From Dehalococcoidia bacterium (GTDB lineage: Bacteria > Chloroflexota > Dehalococcoidia > Bin125), in contig CAXXSR010000001.1 in assembly GCA_963662615.2 (NCBI GenBank), forward strand, positions 1,792,001-1,856,000: DNA of 64,000 nucleotides, read 5' to 3'. The notes under the pieces were generated by a model. That model was not told the DNA's origin, did no database searches, and saw nothing but the letters and a program-made list of their open reading frames with translations. This document shows positions 57,679 through 64,000 of this stretch, in pieces. The position numbers and the translations under genes were made by a program. Each line of letters opens with the position of its first letter. Position 1 is the stretch's first letter.

Positions 57679-58455
57679 GTGACAGTCCGCACCGCAGAGG
57701 CGGCGCATGGCACGGATGGCGGCCAGTTCGTCGTCACGCGACTGGGCAACGAATCCTACGCCATCGCCATCACCGCCGTTCGCGAGATCGTCCGTATGCA
57801 GCGGATGACTGAGATCCCGCTGATCGACGACTCCTTCGTGGGATTAACGAAGCTCCGCGAAACGGTGATTCCGGTCGCCGAGCTGCGGCGATCCTTGGGT
57901 CTGCAGGCTGGCGACACGACGGCCGAAACGCGCATCGTCGTCGTCGATGCCCACGGCCGCCCCATCGGCTTCGTCGTAGACGCCGTCACCGGGGTCATCT
58001 CCGCGCCCGCGGGATCCATTGAACCGTTGGCGAGCACCGTCAGCGATCTTGACTCGGCCCCGCTCGAGGGTGTCCTCAACCTGAACGATCAGCTGATCCT
58101 CCTGGTCGACATCGAGAAGCTCGTCGGTGGGATGCTCGGCGCCATGGCGCCCGACTCGCTCTCCGCCCCCCAGCCCGCGACAGCCCTGCCAACGACAGCC
58201 CCTGCGGCCGCGCCGGACCCCGCCGGCGACGACAGCGCTCTCTGCGACGCCTGCGCTGCCACCGGCCTCGCGGACGGGCAGCCATGTCCGGCCTGCGCCG
58301 GGACCGGTCTCGCCGCCGGCCCTGCCGGCCCCGCCAATGCTGCGGAGGAGGACCCTGAGGCGGCGCGGCTGTGCGAACAGTGCCACGCCATGGGCATCAC
58401 CAGCAGCGGCAAAGACTGCCCGCGCTGCTCTGGAAGCGGACTCGTCGCCGCCTGA
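57679..58455 (+). CDS. cheW: CheW-domain protein fused to DnaJ-type zinc fingers
   Basis: CheW: QFVVTRLGNESYAI..VREIV...GLTKLRETVIPV.ELR...RIVVV..G.PIGFVVDAV...LILLVD. C-terminus has CDACAATG, CPACAGTG, CEQCHAMG, CPRCSGSG. Confidence 0.88.
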   Translation: MTVRTAEAAHGTDGGQFVVTRLGNESYAIAITAVREIVRMQRMTEIPLIDDSFVGLTKLRETVIPVAELRRSLGLQAGDTTAETRIVVVDAHGRPIGFVVDAVTGVISAPAGSIEPLASTVSDLDSAPLEGVLNLNDQLILLVDIEKLVGGMLGAMAPDSLSAPQPATALPTTAPAAAPDPAGDDSALCDACAATGLADGQPCPACAGTGLAAGPAGPANAAEEDPEAARLCEQCHAMGITSSGKDCPRCSGSGLVAA

Positions 58456-58485
58456 CCATCTCCTCGGCGCCCATCTCCTCGGCGC
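58456..58485. repeat. exact tandem duplication CCATCTCCTCGGCGC x2
   Basis: Begins immediately after the cheW stop codon. Confidence 0.75.
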
Positions 58486-58776
58486 TGGTCCGCCGCTCCG
58501 TCGCGGCCCCTCTCCTTCTTCGTCTGACGGTGCCTGAGCAGTCGCCTGCGGTCTGGACCACAAATCGCGGGCCGGCCCATCCCTGCCGCCTGAACGAGTG
58601 CGCGCACGACACCCCCGCGGCGACGCCTGGCGCCGGGTCCGCCTAGACTGCGGCCATCACCAACGCACCCTGAATGCAGGGCGCACACACCGCCGGCAAT
58701 GCCGGGAGGGGCGCATCGAACCCCTGGTCCCAGGTCAATTCCCTGCCTGATCGGCTTGCAGAACTCGGGGGAGCCC

Positions 58777-59550
58777 ATGCCAGATCGCTTCACAGGCAAG
58801 GTCGCGGTCATCACCGGGGCGGCGGGAGGCATCGGTCGTGCCGCCGCCGTGCGTCTCGCCGCCGAGGGCGCGCGGGTCGTCGCAGTGGATCTCGCTGACA
58901 CGGCGCTGGACGAAGTCGTGGCCGCGGTTGAGCAGGCAGGGAGTGAGGGCAGAGCGGTCGTCGCCGACGTTCGCGAATCGGCCGATGTGGCCCGCTACGT
59001 CCGCGAGGCTGAATCGGCCTTCGGCGGCGTGCACATCTTCTTCAACAATGCGGGGATTAACGGCGCCGCGGGGACCTCCCTCGTCGACTATCCGGAGGAG
59101 ACGTTCGACCAGGTGCTGGCGGTGAACGTCAAAGGCGTCTGGTTGGGCATGAAGCACGTCGTCCCCGCCATGCGACGGCACGGCGGCGGCGTCATCGTCA
59201 ACACCGCCTCCGTGGCTGGACTCCGAGCCTCGCCCAACATCGCCTACGGCGCCAGCAAACATGCCGTGATCGGCATGACCCGCACCGCCGCACAACAGCT
59301 CGCGCCGGACGCGATCCGCGTCAACGCGATCTGCCCCGGCCCCATTGACACCGAGATGATGCGATTCGTCCAGCGTAGCGGCAACCCGGATAGTCCGGAT
59401 CAGGTGGAGCAGGAGTTCAAAGCACGCACGCTGTTCGGCCGCTACGGCACTGCCGCCGAGGTCGCCGCGCTCGTGGCCTTCCTCGCCAGCGACGACGCAT
59501 CCTACATCACCGGCGGCATCTACACCGTGGACGCCGGCTGGACGTTGTGA
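58777..59550 (+). CDS. short-chain dehydrogenase/reductase
   Basis: TGAAGGIG, FNNAG, YGASK, IRVNAICPG. Confidence 0.93.
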   Translation: MPDRFTGKVAVITGAAGGIGRAAAVRLAAEGARVVAVDLADTALDEVVAAVEQAGSEGRAVVADVRESADVARYVREAESAFGGVHIFFNNAGINGAAGTSLVDYPEETFDQVLAVNVKGVWLGMKHVVPAMRRHGGGVIVNTASVAGLRASPNIAYGASKHAVIGMTRTAAQQLAPDAIRVNAICPGPIDTEMMRFVQRSGNPDSPDQVEQEFKARTLFGRYGTAAEVAALVAFLASDDASYITGGIYTVDAGWTL

Positions 59551-59632
59551 GTCGATGATCGAAGAGCATACGTCTTGAGTCGGCCCGGCCGCGCCGACAG
59601 TGCGATCGATGACCGTCTCTAAATGACCGTCG

Positions 59633-62056
59633 CTAAACGCCCAGGGCTCCGAAGCACGCCGCCATGATGCTGGAAGCGTCAATGCCGTATTCGCGGTACA
59701 GCTCCCGCGGGCTTCCCGACTGGCCGAACTCCGTGACCCCCAGCGCGAACGCCCGGGTGTTCAGCGCCCCGCCCAGCCACGCCAGCGTGTGGGGGTGGCC
59801 ATCGATCACCGTCACCACCGGCGCCGCCCGCTCCTCCGGACGCACGACCTCTGACAAGAAATCGAGCGTCGTGCTCGTGCCGTCGATCACCGCCCGCAGC
59901 TGCTCCTGGTACCGCCCGTAGAGCGGGCCCGGTCCGGTGACGTTGATCACATTCGCCAGAATCCCTTCACCCTCCAGCCCCTCCGCCGCCGCAACGGCTT
60001 CTGGGACCAGGGCGCCGCAAGCGAAGATATGGACCGCGTTGTCTCCGGGGCGGTAGTCGGGCGCTCCGCTCCGGTCCACAAGCCGGTAGGCTCCTGCCAA
60101 CACCTGCTCCCGACGCCGCGCCAGCTCCGCCGGCTCTTCCGGCCGCATGAACAGGCCCTGGTCCACCGTCTTGGTGGTCAACCGCAGGTAGGTGGACGCC
60201 TGCCGCAACCGGATCTGCTCCAGCGCCGCCAGCAGCACCCATTCCAGCTCCTGTCCAAAGCACGGCTCGTAATACGCCACGTCCGGAAGCTCGATCCCGA
60301 TCGACGGCGTGATCACCGACTGGTGGGCGCCGCCCTCGGGGCCCAGCGTGATCCCCGACGGCGTGCCCACGAAGATGAACCGCCCGCCCGAATACACGCT
60401 GTAAAAGAGCGCGTCCAGACCCCGTCGCACAAACGGATCGTAGAGCGTGCCGATCGGGAAGAGGGTCTCGCCCAGCAGCTCCTGCGAGAGACCGAGTTGA
60501 CCGAGCATCATAAAGAGGTCGTTCTCGGAGATCCCCAGCTCAATGTGCTGGCCGCGCGGGCTCTCATCCCACTTCAGGGCATGTCGTTCGCCCTCATCCG
60601 GGAGCGGCGTGACCTCGCGACGGCCCCAGACGCCGACCCGGTTAATCCACCCCCCCAAGTTCGTTGAGCTGGCGACGTCCGGACTGACGGTTACCAGCCG
60701 CTCCGACAGCTCGGGGTGCCGGCGAGAGATCTCGGCAAGAATCCGCCCGAAGATCTGCTGCGTCGACACGTGGCCCTGGTAGCTCCGCTCAAACCCGCTG
60801 GGCACGGCAACCGTCGTGCCGGCGGATGGGGCTCGCTGCGAGCCGGCGCGACTCGATGTCGGCGCCGCCTCACCCAAGCGCTGGCGCACCTCCCCACAGA
60901 GCCTTCCCTCGGGAGCGTCCGGATCCAGACCCGCCCAGCTCTGCTCCAGCGAGATCCCAAGCGCAGTCCGCAGACCCTCCATCTGCTCGTCCGAGAGGTT
61001 GACCGAATGATTTTCCGGGTCTCCCACCAAAGGCAGCCGCCAGCCCTTCAGGGTGTAGGCGAACACCACCGCCGGGCCTTCGGCGAGGTCGGCCTTGCCC
61101 AGGGCCTCGCGCAGCATCGCGAAGTCGTGGCCGCCCAGGTTGCGGAAAAGCTCCTGCAGCTCCCCGTCGTCCCACCGACTGATGAAGCGCCGCAGCTCGT
61201 CGGGATCCGGGCTGGCACCGGGCAGCCACTCGCGCAGGTGCGCCGGGGAGACCCGCAGCAGGCGCTGGTACAGCTCGTTGGACATCTCGTCGATGCTGCG
61301 ACGGAGGATCGCACCGCCGCTCTCCTCGAACGCCGCCTGCAGGCGCTTGCCGTACTTGGCGTCCACCACGGTCCAGCCGTTCGCGGCGAACATCTCTCTC
61401 CAGACCCGGACCCGGATGCCGGGGATGATCCGGTCCAGGCTCTGTCGGTTGAGATCCACCACCCACAGCACGTTGCCGAGGTCGCTCATCGCCGGCTCTG
61501 CGATCGCCTCCCAGATCGAGCCCTCGTCCAGCTCCGCGTCGCCCACCACGCTGATGTACCGACGCCGCGGGCCGTTCGCGCCCGTTGGCGCGGCGGACTC
61601 GAAATGCAACCGCACATACTCCTCCACCAGCGCCGCGAAGTTCGGCGCCACCGCCCCCAGGCCCACCGAGCCCGTCGAAAAGTCCACGCCGTCGGGATCC
61701 TTGGTCCGGCTCGGGTACGCCTGCAGCCCCTTGAACGATCGCAGCGTCTTGAGATAGTCCCCATCCAGACGGCCCAGGAGGAACTGGATGGCGTGAAAGA
61801 CCGGGGAGGCGTGGGGCTTGACCGAGATGCGGTCGCCCGCCCGCATGAAGTCAAAGTAGAGCGAGGTCATGATCGTGGCCACGGACGCACTGGAGGCCTG
61901 GTGGCCGCCAACCTTCAGGTCGTCGTCATGCGGACGAACCTGGTTCGCGTAGTGGACCGTCTGCATCGCGAGCCAGAGCACTCGCTCCTGGATCGCCTCA
62001 AGAGCCTGGTCGCGCTCGCTCAGCGCTTCCGCCTGCTTCGTATCGCTGACTGCCAT
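59633..62056 (-). CDS. aceE: AceE-type 2-oxoacid (pyruvate) dehydrogenase E1 component
   Basis: GGHQASSAS, YPSRTKD, DFSTGSVGLG, GDAELDEG...N TPP motif, ELGISE, EGGAHQS. Confidence 0.88.
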   Translation of the reverse strand: MAVSDTKQAEALSERDQALEAIQERVLWLAMQTVHYANQVRPHDDDLKVGGHQASSASVATIMTSLYFDFMRAGDRISVKPHASPVFHAIQFLLGRLDGDYLKTLRSFKGLQAYPSRTKDPDGVDFSTGSVGLGAVAPNFAALVEEYVRLHFESAAPTGANGPRRRYISVVGDAELDEGSIWEAIAEPAMSDLGNVLWVVDLNRQSLDRIIPGIRVRVWREMFAANGWTVVDAKYGKRLQAAFEESGGAILRRSIDEMSNELYQRLLRVSPAHLREWLPGASPDPDELRRFISRWDDGELQELFRNLGGHDFAMLREALGKADLAEGPAVVFAYTLKGWRLPLVGDPENHSVNLSDEQMEGLRTALGISLEQSWAGLDPDAPEGRLCGEVRQRLGEAAPTSSRAGSQRAPSAGTTVAVPSGFERSYQGHVSTQQIFGRILAEISRRHPELSERLVTVSPDVASSTNLGGWINRVGVWGRREVTPLPDEGERHALKWDESPRGQHIELGISENDLFMMLGQLGLSQELLGETLFPIGTLYDPFVRRGLDALFYSVYSGGRFIFVGTPSGITLGPEGGAHQSVITPSIGIELPDVAYYEPCFGQELEWVLLAALEQIRLRQASTYLRLTTKTVDQGLFMRPEEPAELARRREQVLAGAYRLVDRSGAPDYRPGDNAVHIFACGALVPEAVAAAEGLEGEGILANVINVTGPGPLYGRYQEQLRAVIDGTSTTLDFLSEVVRPEERAAPVVTVIDGHPHTLAWLGGALNTRAFALGVTEFGQSGSPRELYREYGIDASSIMAACFGALGV

Positions 62057-62126
62057 CGCTCGCCTCGACCCGCGCCGGCGCGACACCGGCGCGCGACCGC
62101 CGATCCGCCTAACCGGGCCTCGCCGG

Positions 62127-63521
62127 CTACGAAACTGCGACCGTCTCTTCGACTTCCAGGTCCGGCGCGACGTCCGGGTTCACTTTGAGGCCGCCGCAGG
62201 CCGCCGCCAGCTGCGGCATGCAATCGGCCGCGAACATCCGCATCTGCTCCTCGGTCTCCTCACCGCTGTAGCCGATCTGCTCGAACCAGGCGGTGAAGAA
62301 GAAGTCGTCGTAGCCCACGCTCTCCTTGAGCCTGAGGATCTTCTCCACGACCTCGTCCGCGCTGCCCACCAGCACCACTTCTTTCTCAATCGTGAGGTCA
62401 GCGGTGACCTTCATGTCCGGCGGGAAGGGCGGCTCGTCCGCGTCGGCGAGGATCGCGCCGAAGCCGAAGGGCGAGAAGAACGGCCACGCGGTCTCCAGCG
62501 CCTCCTTGTACCGTTGCAGGTCCGCCTTCTCCTTGCCCGGCGGGAGGATGTGCACGGAGCGGGCCGGAGCGAAGCCGCGCCCCTTCTCCGAATCCCAACC
62601 GAACTTGAACGGCCCCTTGCGGTTCAGGCGGTCGGGCCAGCCGTGCTTGTCGAGCTGCTCGTAGTAGCGCTCCACGTTCACCTTCAGCCGCGAATTGGGC
62701 TCTGGATTCGTGTAGCAGTTCAGTCCCTTGGCCGCCGCCCAGTCGATCGAGCGGGCGCTGGTCACGGGCTGCCAGATCTGCGGGTGCGGCTTCTGCAGCG
62801 GCTGCGGGTAGACGCTGATCTCCCTCAGCGTCGTCGTGCTAGCGTAGATCGGCGCGCCCATCGAGTACATGTCCGGTGGCCCCACGTTGAGCACGTCGTC
62901 CACGCTGCGCTCCACCTGGGGCTGGTTGAAGTAGGCCATCGTCTGGCTGTGGTTCCACTTGGTGTAGGTCGGCGGCAATGTGAAGAACTGGCCCTGGTGC
63001 GAGAAGGACGGCTCCGTCCAGGCCTTGACGATGATCTCGTAGACTTCCTCAAAGAAGGCGCGATTGCGCTCCTGGTCCTGGATCGTCGCGCCCATCTGAC
63101 CGCCTAAGGTCTCCGTCTCGCGCGACTGATAGCCGCGCCCGACCCCGAACTCCACGCGGCCGCCGCTGAGCACATCCAGCATGGCCGCCTGTTCCGCCAA
63201 TCGGATCGGATGCCACCAGGTCAGGATGTTGGCCATCTGCCCCAGGCGAATGCGGCTGGTCCGGGCCGCGATCGCCATCTCCGTCACCAGTGGGTTGGGG
63301 CTGAACTCCACGCCCTCCGGCTGCATGTGATGCTCCGTCATCAAGAAGTAGTTGAACCCCAGCTTCTCGGCCAGGACCCCCTGCCGGACCTGATTGACCA
63401 CCTCCCGCTGGTAGCTCTCGTGCGTCTCCGCCAGCGTCCCGGCGATCACCCGGATCCCTTCCGGCGCCTCCCTGTTGGGCAGGTCCACCGCCCCGTTCTG
63501 CAAACAGGCCAATTCCAGCAC
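62127..63521 (-). CDS. LLM class flavin-dependent oxidoreductase
   Basis: TEHHMQPEG, IRLGQMANIL, PIRLAEQAAMLD, GRVEFGVGRG, PQPLQKPHP; GTG start 63521 after GGAGG. Confidence 0.92.
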   Translation of the reverse strand: MLELACLQNGAVDLPNREAPEGIRVIAGTLAETHESYQREVVNQVRQGVLAEKLGFNYFLMTEHHMQPEGVEFSPNPLVTEMAIAARTSRIRLGQMANILTWWHPIRLAEQAAMLDVLSGGRVEFGVGRGYQSRETETLGGQMGATIQDQERNRAFFEEVYEIIVKAWTEPSFSHQGQFFTLPPTYTKWNHSQTMAYFNQPQVERSVDDVLNVGPPDMYSMGAPIYASTTTLREISVYPQPLQKPHPQIWQPVTSARSIDWAAAKGLNCYTNPEPNSRLKVNVERYYEQLDKHGWPDRLNRKGPFKFGWDSEKGRGFAPARSVHILPPGKEKADLQRYKEALETAWPFFSPFGFGAILADADEPPFPPDMKVTADLTIEKEVVLVGSADEVVEKILRLKESVGYDDFFFTAWFEQIGYSGEETEEQMRMFAADCMPQLAAACGGLKVNPDVAPDLEVEETVAVS

Positions 63522-63829
63522 GCCGTCCTCCCTCCGTCGGCTTCGCCCCGCCCACGTCCACGCCCCGCGACCCTCACCCTTCGGCGTTCGCCGCGACGCC
63601 CGCGCAGGCTTCAGGGCTCCTGACGAGATACTAACCGCCGACTCCACGTTCCCGCCTCCACCACCGGCATTGGCCACCGGATCGGGCGCGACCCGCATCG
63701 GGCGCAACCGTGAAGCCGTGCGCGCCGCGCACAAGGAGCCCGCTCTCCCCTGCGACCCTTCCTTGACGGTTCCAGAGCCCGCCCCATAGCATTTCGCGCG
63801 AGACAGTCGGCCGGCCAAGGAGTGCTCCG

Positions 63830-64000
63830 ATGAAAGTGGGCGTCTCGCTCTTCATTGCCAATTACACGGACTGGGACCGCTACGAGGCCAAGGCCACCGA
63901 CACGCCCCCGGCCAAGCCCGACTCCGAGGTCTATGCGGAGGCGCTGCGCCTCGGCGATCTGATCGAACCGTTGGGCTATGACTCCATCTGGTCGGTGGAA
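63830..64000 (+). CDS. LLM class flavin-dependent oxidoreductase, 5' part; runs off window edge
   Basis: AAGGAG RBS; MKVGVSLFIANYTDWDRY...LGDLIEPLGYDSIWSVE. Confidence 0.85.
   Translation, partial: MKVGVSLFIANYTDWDRYEAKATDTPPAKPDSEVYAEALRLGDLIEPLGYDSIWSVE

Overview
High-GC (roughly 65-70% by eye) bacterial chromosomal segment with no rRNA, tRNA, CRISPR, integrase or transposase that I can see. It is dominated by stand-alone catabolic and redox enzymes: 4 SDRs, 3 LLM-class flavin oxidoreductases, 2 Zn-dependent dehydrogenases, an aldo/keto reductase, an F420-type nitroreductase, an FMO, 2 enolase-superfamily enzymes, a CoA transferase, PhyH, a tungsten-type AOR and an AceE-type E1. This content, together with LPxTG-like sorting signals, suggests a monoderm such as Chloroflexota/Dehalococcoidia (inference). 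The main points of interest are: (1) an orphan CheW fused to two DnaJ-type CxxCxxxG zinc fingers, preceded by a structured leader; (2) an aor-moaD-DUF1952-like operon where the MoaD GG is masked by a KR tail and the next protein ends in RGGG; (3) a pbpC/alpha-2-macroglobulin operon whose A2M has an in-frame TAG and lacks the CxEQ thioester motif; (4) two large repeat surface proteins (NHL, FG-GAP) broken by frameshifts that separate them from their LPxTG-like anchors; (5) two single-gene cassettes flanked by diverged direct repeats of the upstream gene's 3' end; and (6) several intergenic tandem repeats and a candidate four-way-junction RNA.
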